A stretch of 62,451 nucleotides of DNA, filler included. It is 4 parts of 4 records of this genome, joined end to end, with 100 filler letters (N's around TTAATTAATTAA, not from the genome) between each part and the next. Parts side by side here need not be neighbours in the genome. Positions count along the whole stretch, not along the records: positions 1 to 26,659 come from SRR20825019_1889; positions 26,760 to 41,002 come from SRR20825019_1896; 2 more parts are not named here. One strand, given 5' to 3'. Positions within the stretch are counted from its first letter, which is position 1; each line of letters begins with the position of its first letter. Below, piece by piece: positions 24,301-36,319 of this stretch. A program made the translations under genes and the position numbers. The notes below the pieces were generated by a model. It saw only the letters and a list, made by a program, of their open reading frames with translations. It was not told where the DNA came from and did no database searches.

Positions 24301-25304
24301 CCAGCGGATACTCCGGCGACCAGTGTGAGACCGACAAGTGAGTACTGCGGCCAAGCGCATTATGACATGGGCCTAACTGTAATGCCTGCAGTACCGGAGG
24401 TTCCACCACTGGAGGCAACGGAGATGCCGGTGGCCACGGTGGTGACACTGGAGGCGAATCTGGCGGCTTCAAGTGCACCAAACACTCTGATTGCGGATCG
24501 TTGAGCCTGTGCCAGGATGGCAAGTGCGAATGCTCGTGGGGCTACTTTGGCCAGCGCTGCGAGAATTCAGTGTGCGACCACGAGTGCCAGAACGGAGGAA
24601 CCCGCACCGACTACAAGAGCCTCAACCGGTGCTACTGCTACTGCAAGTTCGATCAGTTCTGGGAGGGTGCCCTATGCCATGAATGCGGCCGCGACGCCAG
24701 TCTGTGCGGCGAGGGACAGCACTTGGACAAGGGTCTCTGCGAGTGTGTCGCAACACCAGCAGGCGGAAACACCGGTGAGGGCAGCACTACTGGGGGCGAA
24801 GGTTCCACTGGGGGACATTCCGGTACCAATACGGGAGGCGAAGGAACAACCACTGGAGGCAATACCGGCGGCACGACTGGAGGCACGAACAGCACGACTG
24901 GCGGAGCTACTGGTGGTACAACTGGTGGGCACGGAGAAACGGCTGGTGGTGGCAACACTGGCAATCAGCCGGAGCATGGCAACCCCGCTGGCAATTTCAC
25001 TGTGACCCCCCTTGGTTGCACAGGAGATCTGATGAAGAAGGCGTGGGAGGTTGTCGTGGTGTCGCAGCAGGACATCAAGGACGGGAAGGTCTCTCCTGCG
25101 CATTGTGCTGCCCTATGCGACTCCAGGGAGAAGAAGTACTCCACTGTGGGGATCAAGTATGGTGGGTTCGTGTGCCAGTGCGGCAAGGACCAGGATCTCC
25201 CAGCCTACAACGAGACCGCATGCACACTTAAGTGTCCGGCCGGCGAGGCTTGCGGTGCCGACCGGCCTCATGTAATGAGCCTCTATTCATTTAAGAAGCA
25301 ATAA
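21348..25304 (+). CDS. Secreted pappalysin-like (M43B) metzincin with EGF-like repeats, a Gly/Thr-rich linker and a C-terminal WSC-like domain; multi-exon
   Basis: Signal peptide; LLGFAFFPWD; zinc motif HE|LGHSFGLWH split by intron 23123-23175; GDLCEDTEPTP; Met-turn KNIMAY; many CxNGG..CxC EGF units; CAALCDS...YSTVGIKYGGFVCQCG (WSC-like). Confidence 0.88.
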
Positions 25305-25506
25305 TTCGCGCTCTTGTATTCGTAATGTGTATTAGTTACGAAATAAAGTTCTAATTCAAGGAAAGCGACTCCAATCTATTGCAATTAGCCTCTGGCAAGC
25401 GAAGGATTAGGGGCCAATCGCCCAACGCCCTGTGCTCTCATCTTCCCTTACAGACACCGAAGGAATTCGACCCCGCCGTCACATGAACACATGATTTACT
25501 GATACT

Positions 25507-26659
25507 CTACACAGGGTCGGCACGCCTTCTGCGTGGCGTGATCTTATATTCCCAGGACTCTCCCTTGTCCATAAGATCCTGGAAATACTGGAGATTGTTG
25601 GCGAGGTTCTCAGCCAGCATGTCCGCCAAATCCGGCCGGGTTTTGCGGATAAAGTGATTCAAAGACGTCAGCTGTGGCTTCCCAATGTACTGAATGAAGC
25701 CAACTTGGCACGCAGGCACCTACAACGACGCCCGTAAGCGCCAATCCACACAATAAAAGTGCGGGCACAGCTCTCTTACCTGCGGATTTTCTCTATCCAT
25801 GTAGGGCGACAGCTCCAGTCCCCGCAATTTTTCCATATCACCTTGGCTCCAGAACTCCTCCATCACACTCGCTACCCAGCGATGATACAGGTGGCTTGTC
25901 CGTCCCGGATTGCTGACATCAGCAACCTGTACAGACCATTAGATATTCCCAAGTGATTCGTGAAGAGGCGACCCACCTTAATGATCATCTGGAGAGCACA
26001 GATGGGCTCGACCTCATCAAGGGTCTTCCCTTCCGCAACTGCCGCATCAAACGCCTCCAATATCCCCTTGTGTCGCGACAGATCCGTCGCAAACACCATC
26101 TCCGAGACATATCTGGAACAAAGGTTAGGGCCATCGCGACAATCAAGATGCTGGTGTTCCTCACGATTTCACTTTGGCCTGCACGTCGGGTTCAAGGTGG
26201 GCCAGGAATGCGCACGTTGTATTCTCAAGCACATGGAACGACTCGATCAAATGGAAGTTCTCCAGAATACTGCAGTCTCGGTGAGGTCACGAGCAAAAAG
26301 GAACCCCATGCACAGTACCTCGTGGCTCCCATCTCCTCAGCAACCTCCAAGAGCTCCGACTGGGTCCTGCTAAGGAAGGGGTTGGTGACCCCGGGGTGAT
26401 GGAAGTCGTGTACGATGGCGGCCTGCGGGAGTATATGAGGACTCGAAGGGTAGCCGGGGTTACCACCATACCAGTATACACGCAAGGATATGCTCAGAGC
26501 TGAACGACTCGGACAAGCGACAAGTTTTCATCAGGAACAACACACCCTGTACCACGTCAGCGCCGTGGATGGAGTTGTGGTATGCGTTGCGGCTCCAGTA
26601 GCCTGCAAATCAGGTGAGCAAAAGCGATAACCCACGGTCAAAATGTGTTACCGTGGTCT
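25507..26659 (-). CDS. Class I cyclic-nucleotide phosphodiesterase catalytic domain (5'-truncated, multi-exon)
   Basis: YHNSIHGADV, HDFHHPGVTNPFL, VLENFH, FATDLSRH, ADISNP, FWSQGD, CQVGFI. Confidence 0.9.
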
Positions 26660-26759
26660 NNNNNNNNNNNNNNNNNNNNNNNNNNNNNNNNNNNNNNNNN
26701 NNNTTAATTAATTAANNNNNNNNNNNNNNNNNNNNNNNNNNNNNNNNNNNNNNNNNNNN
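26660..26759. other. Artificial contig linker (N44-TTAATTAATTAA-N44)
   Basis: N runs flanking a six-frame stop linker; identical copies at 41003 and 53945. Confidence 0.98.
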
Positions 26760-27100
26760 CCCCCCCCCCCCCCCCCCCCGGCCCCCCCGGGGTCGGCGGG
26801 GGGCCCGGCGCTGGCCCGGTCGCCCGCGCCGCCCGCCGGACGGCCGGGGCCCTAGCCCGGGCGCCGTTGCGGCGCGGGGCCACCGGGACGCGGCCCGGTT
26901 GGACCTGAGCGTGGTTCGCTGGCCGCACGGCCGCACGGCCGCACGGCAATCGGCTCGATCATCGCCGGGCCGGATTGTGACCGGGCCGAGGGAGCGGCAA
27001 CCAGCGGGCAGTGAGGCCAATCCCCACCTCTCGAGGCAGCCAGTCTATCATAGCCGGCCGCCACTCGGGCCACTCACGTTGTGTTGGCGTGATCGGGGAC
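26760..27100. promoter_or_regulatory. GC-rich island upstream of the TMEM135-like gene, starting with a poly-C run
   Basis: Same composition as the other 5' islands; tataattaaa at ~27110 shortly before the ATG. Confidence 0.5.
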
Positions 27101-27135
27101 AACACATATATAATTAAAGCGCTGGAGATGCATTC

Positions 27136-28784
27136 ATGAACCAGCATATTGTGACCATGTCTATGGCAACTGGTGTACTTTCAACTGCCGCCCAAAGCAC
27201 GCTCCCGCCTTTATTCAAATGGACGCGGATAGTCGGCGGTTTTCGTGCCGGTGCGCGGGCGTTCTTTGTAGGATATAGCGCTCAGGTTAGCACTGTCGTA
27301 TTCCATGCATGTGCATGAGTTTCAACACCCGGATGACTGACGTTGGTTTTTCCTGTGATACAGTTTGTTGTGAAGCTTATTCTTAGGTCGATCACCCGCA
27401 AAGGCAAGATGATTAGTGTCAAGCACGAGGTAGGGCCCCCATGATGAGTCCCAAACGGAGACTAACATGCTTGTTGTCAGCTTGAGCTCGCGGGCGGTGC
27501 TGACTCGCTGCAGTTTGCTACCTTCTTGGCGGGATTTACTGGAACTTATAGGACTCTCCTTCCCGTACTGCTAAGGTTGCGTGGCCGGTAGGTTTCGCTT
27601 TGCCACTCCCTTCACGGAGACAGCTGACATAGGAATGCTTAATTAAGGAAAACCGGAAACGCCGCGCTGGCTGGATTCATTGCGGCGCTGGCAATCTACC
27701 TTGACAAGAACAAGGGCCGAAGGTATACCATTGCGTTGTATATGTGTGCACGGACCATGGATGCATATTTCCAGCACTTGGTAAAGAAAGGTACGATCCT
27801 CTCACAGCACCGTTTATATCCGCCGAAGCTGACCGAGGCGCCAGGCATCGTTTCGCCGGTACCCCATGGGGCGTTCATTGGCTTCGCCCTGTGCCAGGTA
27901 GCACCTTCACATCTCATATATTCATTCGACTCAAACTTTGTGTCAGATGCCTATCCAATACGCCTTCATGGTAGAGCCACACCTCATCTCCCGCAGCTAT
28001 TACAAATCCATCACTAAGTGGTAAGTGCGCAGCTTGGGAATCGTGGTGGTGGTAACACGGTGAAGGGGAGAATTTTCCCCTCACAGATATTCCGCCCAAA
28101 CCGTGGTAGTCCTGTGACGGTCAGTCTGATCACGCTTGTAGGTATGGAAACTTTACTGAGCCCATCCTTGACGGGCATATTCGGGGCAAGGAGAAGAAAT
28201 TCAAGGAGTGTCAGGATGGCTACCACCCTGACCAGATATGCAGTCAATATCTTGCAGAGGACTTCGTTCGCGGCGTGATCCGCTCATACAAAATTTATGC
28301 GCCACTCGTGCTGCTTCCGGTGCTACTCATGAATGGGCGTCGCCTGTTTAAGCAGCCGTATCCGGTTCTAACACGAGCTGCTGAGAAGTGGACGCGTTCT
28401 GCACTTTTCCTTGCCACATACTCGACGGTGATGAAGACCCTCATTTGCTACATTCGCAACCGCTCCAAGCGAGCGTCACTCACCAATGCAGAGGTCATGG
28501 GAGCAGGATTTTGCACAGGCTCTTCTCTCCTCTGGGAGAACGCAGGGCGGCATAGAGAGCTGATGCTCTACTGTCTTCCACGATCCATGGAAGCGATTTT
28601 CACAAAGGTAATGGAACATCTGAAGCTGCCCATGATTCCCAATGGCGATGTGCTAGTGTTTGCTCTGGCCGCCGCACCGATGCTGTCTCTATTCGAGACG
28701 TACCCTACTGACGTCCCCGGTCTGACGCGTACCGTCCTCACGCCCCTTTTCGCTTCCAAGGGAGTCTTTTTCAAGGATATGTAG
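27136..28784 (+). CDS. TMEM135-like multi-pass membrane protein, multi-exon (alternative start 27157)
   Basis: FATFLAGFTGTYR, NAALAGFIAALAI...RRYTIALYMCAR, CQDGYHPDQIC, RSALFLATY, WENAGRHRELMLYCLPRSME, IPNGDVLVFALA. Confidence 0.8.
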
Positions 28785-29068
28785 AGAGATAGAAAACCCC
28801 TTGTCGGAAACGAGACAGTACCGTGTGACAAAAGTATACGTATGCTAGCTGCATGGAGTAGTGCTGGCATTGCCCGCTACACCACTAATGAAAAGTATGA
28901 ACATTGTCATTTCTCACCATTTCTCATGCAATGACACACTTGCACTTGGAATTTTCATCTTCGTCATCGCCATCGTTGTGTCTGCGCTGGCCGTGGTATA
29001 CGTGGCCGTTATGAGCTGCGAGAAGGCAGCATGAATTATCTGCTCAATGCACCTATCTATGCACTGCG

Positions 29069-30755
29069 TTACTTACTTGGAACAGGCTGCTGGCCGTAAT
29101 GTCCTATGGGGGCCACCTGATTCATCTTGACGGGACCTTGCGGATAATACTGCTGGTACATTGCCTGTTGCGCCATTTGTGTCCACACCGTTAGGGGAAT
29201 GCCAGTACCCTGGTCAATCGTCCGCGATCCCGACACCTGCGGGCGCTGCGTCATCCGCCTCTGTTGAAGAATGACTGTCATCGCATTGACAAGATCAGCC
29301 ATGTAGACATTGTGTCGCGACTTCACGTATGCGTCGATGAAGGCGCTTGTCATGGCGCCAGTATACCTGTTGCGAGAATCATCAAACGAGTCCGCACTTG
29401 TCTGATCATCTCTGCAACCGCTGATGAGGAACACAATACAGTCCAGGGCTCTGTCGCTGTGTTCTGCATTTGAGCTCATCTGTCAGCATGCTGATAGATG
29501 TAGAATTCATGGAAGGCTCACCAACACGGCAATGAGTACTTCCCGGAATCCAGCTATACTTCAAGTCGAGAATTGTCCCACTGTGGCAACCTGAGAGGAG
29601 CCAGGTCAAAAGAGCAGTACCTCCAGGCTCTCTAATGCTTACAGTCCATCAGTGCCATCATCTCGGCTGACGGTGGAAGGCGCTGCAGGAACCGTCGGCG
29701 AATCGTGTCGTCGATGATGCAGCCCTCGTGGTTGGAGTCAACAGGCACAATCGCCTCATCATAGCCATCCGCCTCGTCCCCGCTGTCTCTTCACATCAGT
29801 ACATACGCGCCACCAATACACAGGCGTGCCCACCTGTAGTCCCTGACTGATGTGCCGTGACCAGAATAACAAAAAACAATTTGTGGCTGGGCGGGGTGTG
29901 ATCACCCACACAGAATAGGTTCGCAAGATACACTCACCTTCACACCTCGCTGTGCAAGATACTGTGACGCCTCGGCGATGTAGTGGAACGCATTAAAGAT
30001 ATTCCGCGCAGAAGGATGAATTTGCTGTCTCATGCCGATCTTCTTACACACTTTCTCGTCATCAGTGAGGACTGTGATATCGGACGGGTGCCAGCCCATC
30101 TGCACAATGCGTTATGGTTGTCATTCACACCACAAATGTATCTACTTGCCGTGCGAGTGAGAAACTCATACATGAGATAGCTGCGGAGACAGTGAGATCC
30201 CAACAGATTCGGATTGTAGTCACACCTACCAGTCGTTTCCACAGCCTCGAAGCTCGTTATTTGTACCGCGGTAGTTGATTCCTGCAACACCGTTCTATGT
30301 CAGCACATGCACCTCAGACAATGAAGTAACCGCTCCATACCTATCAATAAAGCCAGTCGCCCACTGTTGGGGGGTTTCTGCGAGAATGGTTGATCAGTCT
30401 AGCCCAACAAAGATCCAAGCAATCTTAATAGTACCTGTAGTGTGGGCGGAGGGCCATACTTATCAGGATTAAAGGCGGTCGCAGTGCCGCGGCCACCAAC
30501 TCCTTGAATGGGGCCCTCGTTGAATAGGATAGCACCTCCTATTATACCAACTCCAAGGCCAGCAAGCAACCCAACACCTGCCACACCAATCATGCCTGAG
30601 CTGGGTGGCCCCAATCCTGGCGGGCCCGGAAGGACGTCACCGAGACCGGGGCCAGGTAAACTTGGGGGAGACACATCAGGAACATCCAGGCCGCCATCTC
30701 CAGCTGAACTAAGCGCACCGCCCACTGAACTCAGAAGATCTCCCAAGAAGTCCAT
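29069..30755 (-). CDS. Type I-like metacaspase (peptidase C14) with a Pro/Gly-rich N-terminus, multi-exon
   Basis: AGINYRGTNNELRGCGND, YSGHG (catalytic His), GDEADGYDEAIVPVD, MDCCHSG (catalytic Cys, across an intron), ISGCRDDQTSAD, GAMTSAF. Confidence 0.9.
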
Positions 30756-30879
30756 CAGCGTCTACAGCCTCTTGTGTCTCCCAATGGAACGCCTACTGAA
30801 CAACATATTTCAATGTGAAGGGCGATTTACAATAGATCTTTGCACGCAGGCACGTTAGCAGAAGAATTTCCCTCGGTAC

Positions 30880-31510
30880 CACAGAGCTACGCGCGTCGGC
30901 CCCCCGACCCGGCCCGCTAGCAGCGTGGAGGAGCCAGGCGGGGGCTGCGACGATCCTTGCTGGAGTGACGGGGGGCCGACGGCTCAATCACGCAACGGTT
31001 GATTTCGGAAGGTTCTTCACTTGCGTCAAAACAAACTAGAGAATTTACTGGGCCCCGCCGCGCCACCAATCCGCCCCGGATCACGGAACGAACTCGGACT
31101 GGCCAGGGTGAGACGCGGGCTGATCCCGTAGCCGGGCGGCCGGCCCACGAGGCGGACGCTCAGCCGTCGAGAATTCCTGATTTCGTTGACTCCCCGGCCC
31201 CCACGTAGGCCCACCACCCCGTCACAGTGAAACCAACAACCCAACGAACCGCCGCCCCTGCGCACTCAACCACGGCCAACCTCGTTCGGACCGGACTCAC
31301 CGTCCCCGCCGCCGCCGGCCGGCCCGGCAGTCGCCCCAGTACCTGGTAGACGGGAAGGGACACGGGCGCCCGGCTCGGCCGCAGACCGCGGCCCAGGCGC
31401 CCGGCGGGCAGGACGGGCCGGGACGCGGGAAGGCCTCTAGCACTTCCGTTGTTCCGGGCGCCCGGCGGGCGGTCGCCTCAGGTCCATGCCACCCAAGGCG
31501 GCCGAAGAAC
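30880..31510. promoter_or_regulatory. GC-rich island between divergent genes
   Basis: Lies between the metacaspase ATG (30755,-) and the ATG at 31578(+); AT-richer core ~31000-31050. Confidence 0.5.
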
Positions 31511-31577
31511 AAACCAAATTGGCAGAGGGCCTATTTAATGTTGGATCGGGTATAACCAATTCACTGGGACAGTAGTC

Positions 31578-33616
31578 ATGAAAGGGAAACTTTTCCTTTT
31601 GTTTTGTGTCGTTATTCCCGCAGTCCTTGCAGGGACTGAGATTGGCGACATCCCTTCACCTACAGAGGCTATCGGCCAGTTGCGCCGTGTGTATGCGGAA
31701 GCCTCAAAGTCAACTGTGGAGACCAGCGAGACTGTATGTGTGTGTGTGTGTGTGTGTTAGTGGTATTTTTTTGTTCTCACAGCCACTTTAGCCCACCTTT
31801 ACAGCATCTATCATGCTAAAGAATCTCAATAGGGAAGTAGAGAAGATTCTTGCCCCTGCCGTTCGAAATGCTGCCAATGACATGGCTTTTGAGGACCAGA
31901 AGTCCACTGTGGTATGTGTCACATCTACAACCTTTTCGCCAGACTCCTAATGTCAACTAGCTTGGTTGCGACTGCACGATTTCTCAAATCGATGTCAAGA
32001 CTCTTGAGTTGAATTCTTTCAATACTTCAGAGAAGAACAAGCGAGTGCAGGTCAAATTGTGAGCACATAACCCCGTGCATTTGGTTGTCGGATTCGCTTA
32101 CTGGCATATTGTCTGTTGTAGTGGTTTGAGTGCGAACGTGTTCGCTGATATCCAGGTGACTAAGTGGGGAGCAACCTTTTGTGGCGGTGGCGCAACGATC
32201 GACATTAAGGCGTGAGTTGATTTCTTGGCGTGATGAACCTGTCTAAGTGTGGTTATGCTCACCATGACGGGTATGTTAGTGATGCTACCACATCCATGGC
32301 TATGAAGCATACCAACGAGGGCAAACTTGGAGCGAACCTTAGCATTGATAACGTGAGCTTTGATACTCTGACCCTGGAGAACACGAAGGACTACTCGGTC
32401 TGTTTGAACATTATGAAGGCTTTCGTTGGGCCGAACCTCGGCTCCATGGTTCTGAACCCCATGGTATTAGTTTCGAATCATGACGAAATGTCCATGCGGC
32501 TCACACTTGTACACAGCTCCCCTCGATGTCAGAAAATATTAACGAGCAGCTTGCTATTTCTCTTTCCCAGCTGGATATGACTGCCAAGGTACAGTAGTCT
32601 CGGACATTGCATGAAGCCTTTCTGCGGCTGCTTATCAGTCTATGCAGCTGAATGACCTCATTGAGGCCGAATGGAAGGTGGTGGCTGACCCCGTTGTGAG
32701 CGGCGGCGCGCTCTCTGCCGCCCTGCGGTCCACGTGCGTTATTAGTGTTATGTTGATTCTTGCCAGCTAAGTTTTGCACAGGCTCTATCGCATCAGCGAC
32801 CGCTGGTCACCTTCGGGCTCCCCAGACCACCGCTTGTCCTATCCCGCTCCTACTCCGGATCTCCCGCTGGCTGCAGGTATTTTCTTCAGCGATTTATGTC
32901 TTCTACATATATTTATGCGATGCCTAGCGATGTCTGAGCATATTTTCATGGATATGCTTGCTATTAGTCATAAGTCCGGTGAGATGGATGAAGTGTCAGA
33001 AGGATTCATGCTCTTTGGGCACCATATTGCCACGGAGGTATGCGACTGATGCCCATCATCTCATCGTGTCGTAATCTTGGAATGCAGCAAATGGTGCTTG
33101 AGCCGCCTAGTGTTACCTTCCAGAACGACGGTGCACACTTGCGGGCCCATGTCGAAATCCGTTTGACTGCGGATCATAAGAATATTGTTGGTATTCAGAT
33201 GGATGCCGAGCCTGTGATGAAGATGGTGTTTAGTGAAGACCTTACTCGGGTGTATCCCCAGGTATGTAGTCTATCGCTGGCTGTGCAGGCACCTGCTCAT
33301 CATGGTGGCAGATTGTTGGCAGCACGCTCCATGACTTCCGCATAACATATCGCATCAAGGAAAATCCTCACAGTGTTGATTTGAAGCTCCTAGACAATGC
33401 CGTTGCTAAGATGATGGAAAATTGGGTGAGGATGGACGCATTTTAGTGATTCCTATCGGACCCTAACGGAAATGTTTCCAGATTCCCAAGTTGAATGAAA
33501 ACATGAAGCTGCAGGCATCACTCCTGCCCATGCCAGAAGGGATGGCGCTTTCGGGAGCTCAAGCAGACACGATGGTTGGTGCCGCGATCCTCAAGTCGAA
33601 CATTAAGGCCGTGTAG
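31578..33616 (+). CDS. Secreted BPI/LBP (TULIP)-like lipid-binding protein, multi-exon
   Basis: Signal peptide MKGKLFLLFCVVIPAVLAG; alternating beta patterns; conserved-type Cys; ...EPPSVTFQ... and C-terminal IPKLNENMKLQASLLPMP segment typical of the two-barrel BPI layout; TAG ends at 33616. Confidence 0.55.
31737..31757. repeat. (GT)n microsatellite in an intron
   Basis: tgtgtgtg... run. Confidence 0.85.
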
Positions 33617-33650
33617 ATTAAATATCCCAGAACTTGTTACGCACTTTTTC

Positions 33651-35140
33651 TCAAGCCGGTGGGCCCATGCCTGCACGCCAAGCCTCGACACATCTAATCA
33701 GCTCCGCCTGTAACTTGGAATTGTTCTCTCGCAACTGTGCGATCTCACGCTTGAGCTCCACATACTCCTGGAACTTGGACTTGTCCGAATTAGACCGCTG
33801 CAGCCCGGAATTCTTTGGAGGATGCGGCTGTTGCTGCTTTAGATTCGCGATCTGTTCCTTGAGAAGTTTCACCTGCTCCAAAAGCACAGTATTCTCATTC
33901 TTAATAGACGTCATGTTGGTGTGCAACGAAGTCATCTCCTCCTGAAGAGCGTGATTTTCGGATTTCAATGATTTGATTTTCTGCTGGAGTTCCTCTATCA
34001 TCTGGATATTAGTTTGATTTGCCATGCTCGACGCAGTCTTGGTGTTCTCCAAACTCTGTAACTTTTTCTGGAGCCGCGCAATTTCCTCTTCTCCAGCTGT
34101 AACCTTTACTGTGAGGTCTTGCACCGAAGCCTCCAGGCCTTCGACCTCAACCTGCCTTCTCATATCCATTTCCCTGTATTCATCTTCAACTGCCTTCACC
34201 TTGGCCTGGAGCGTGTTATTCGACCTGGTTATGTCAGATAGTTTTGCTTTTGTGGAAAGGGCTTCACTCTCCATTTCCCGGAAACGCCGAGTCCAATCTG
34301 CAATCTCCTTTTTCAATCCCTGCAAAGTCAAAACAATCAGCGCCCGCCGTATATATTCAACCTTTCGATCCTACCTCTATCACATTGTCTTTCTCCGTCA
34401 GCCGCATGCGAAGATCGGCCAACTCTCCCTTGGATCCCGCCATGCTCTTCACAAGCTCTTCATACTTGTTTGCATGGAAATCCCTAGCACTAATGAGCTC
34501 CTCGCGCTCTACGGCCCAACCTTGCTCCGCATTTGCCAATCTCAGCCGGAGCTCTTCGAGCTGGAACACCCAGAACTTAGTTTACGATGAGGTTTTAACT
34601 TTGAGGGAGCATGTTACCTTTTTCTCATAGCCCTCCGTGATTTGCTTTCGCATGAGCAGCATTTCCTCATTTTTCTTATGTTCCAGGTCCTCCAACTCTT
34701 TCCGCAGCCTCTTATTTGCTGCAAAGGAACGTCAACCCGTGAACACTCCGGCCTCAGCGCATACTTACACATGCGATATTCATAAATGTCGCGGTCGTGA
34801 CTCTGCATTTGTGCACGGAGTTTCTCGATTTCTTTGCGCTCTTCAACATGATACTCGTGGCACGACGGTACTTCTCCAAGGTCGAGCAAGCCGCTTGCAT
34901 GCTTTACGCCCGAAATCTGTGCTGCAGTAAGAACTAACAAAAGAGCACACAAGTGCACCGTACATTCGCCGAAGGTACAAACCCATGCTTATGCTTAAGC
35001 CGAGCGTTTTCGTCCAAAAGATTTTCAATCTTGTTCAGATTGCCAACATGCTGGCGGCGCAGCTCCTGCATAACCTGAGTCTTGTGATCATCCGACATTT
35101 TCTCAAACGACCGCGGAGAAGGAATCTCGCCTGCGGCCAT
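33651..35140 (-). CDS. Long coiled-coil protein, multi-exon, function unknown
   Basis: Heptad E/K/L/Q-rich exons (e.g. 33651-34331, 34357-34569) separated by GT-AG introns; ATG MAAGEIP at 35140. Confidence 0.65.
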
Positions 35141-35319
35141 GACGAAATACTCTGTGGCAAGGATGGCAAGGTGAAAACAGGTAGATGCCATTTTTGAAGT
35201 AGTTCCATCATGCACATGAAATCACAGCGATCACCAGAAGATTAAAGCGAACCAACACTGTGCTTTTCAGTGCTTGCGATGAGATCGTCATCTGAACTAT
35301 CGAACCATTCGGCTACGCA

Positions 35320-35960
35320 GGAGCTACCGGCCGGAGCCTCGCCCTGCCCGGCTTGGTCACGCGTGCCCGGCCGTGAGTGGGCCGGGGGGGAACAGCCCGC
35401 CGTCCTGACCCGGACGCAAGGCAGGCCCTTGAAGCGGGCTGGGGCCGCGGCTCCGGCCGGCCGCAGGCCGGTCCCGGCGGCCGCTCGGCCCGCCGGGGGC
35501 CCTGAGCGGCCGCCGGGGGCCCTGCGCCAGCCGGACGGCTGGGAACTGACCGGGGACTCATGAGACCGCGGTTTCTCGTGTTTCACATCATAGTAGGGCT
35601 CGTGACGAGGGAACGGTAACCGCCACAGACGAGACCATTTTGATGTCATTATATGTAGATATTCGCTATTCATTACCAGTCATCCCATATGGGAATGAAA
35701 TGAACCGCCGTTTGAAGGGCGGGCACGCCACGCCGCCGGTGGCCCGGGCTGCCGTCAGTCTGCGTGGCCCGCTGCCGGGCGTGGTGCGGACCCGGACTCA
35801 CTGAGTGGTCGCGGCGACGGCAGGGGCCGGTGCCCCGGGCGCCGCAGAGCCCGGCGCCCCTGCCTCCCTCGCCTCGGAGGCACTGCGGCAGCCGCGGCGG
35901 GGGCCGCGCCCGGTCACCGGCGCCTTTGTGCCGTGCGGCCTCACCATCGGCCGGTGGGTA
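35320..35960. promoter_or_regulatory. GC-rich island with a central AT-rich core, between divergent genes
   Basis: Two GC-rich arms around an AT-rich core at 35560-35710. Confidence 0.55.
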
Positions 35961-36319
35961 CTCATCACTGTTTGGGCCAGCTTGTGAGATGCTACCTGGT
36001 AACTCGTGGTCCTCAGGGTGGAGCCGTTCCGCATGACGGCACGGGCCGAACTGGTATTGCCGCTTGGACCACGGCGCTGCCTATCTTGCCGTATTGGTGT
36101 TTTTCTTTCTTTTCTTTCAGCCGGTCTTATAGTCAGAGTTTTCGGCGACACAGGATTCTGCAAGCACACCCAAGACTGTCACTACCCATCACACGTTCGT
36201 TTTCTTGCTTTATTTACGTCTGTATTTTTTGGGGTGCCATTTACGGCGGCACCGAAGAAGAGTGTGGAAAAGGGGGTAAGGGGTTGGCTCAAACCAATAC
36301 TACTGAGCCAATTGCAACC

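Noticed and set aside
26704-26715. TTAATTAATTAA palindrome recurring three times, as a possible biological site
   Set aside because: Always flanked by 44 Ns on each side; it is a six-frame-stop concatenation linker, so adjacency across it carries no meaning
35933-36319. N-terminal extensions of the 1249-aa and 960-aa ORFs (also 54673-55047)
   Set aside because: They run through promoter/UTR-like sequence from non-ATG starts; better ATGs exist downstream (36320, ~55048)
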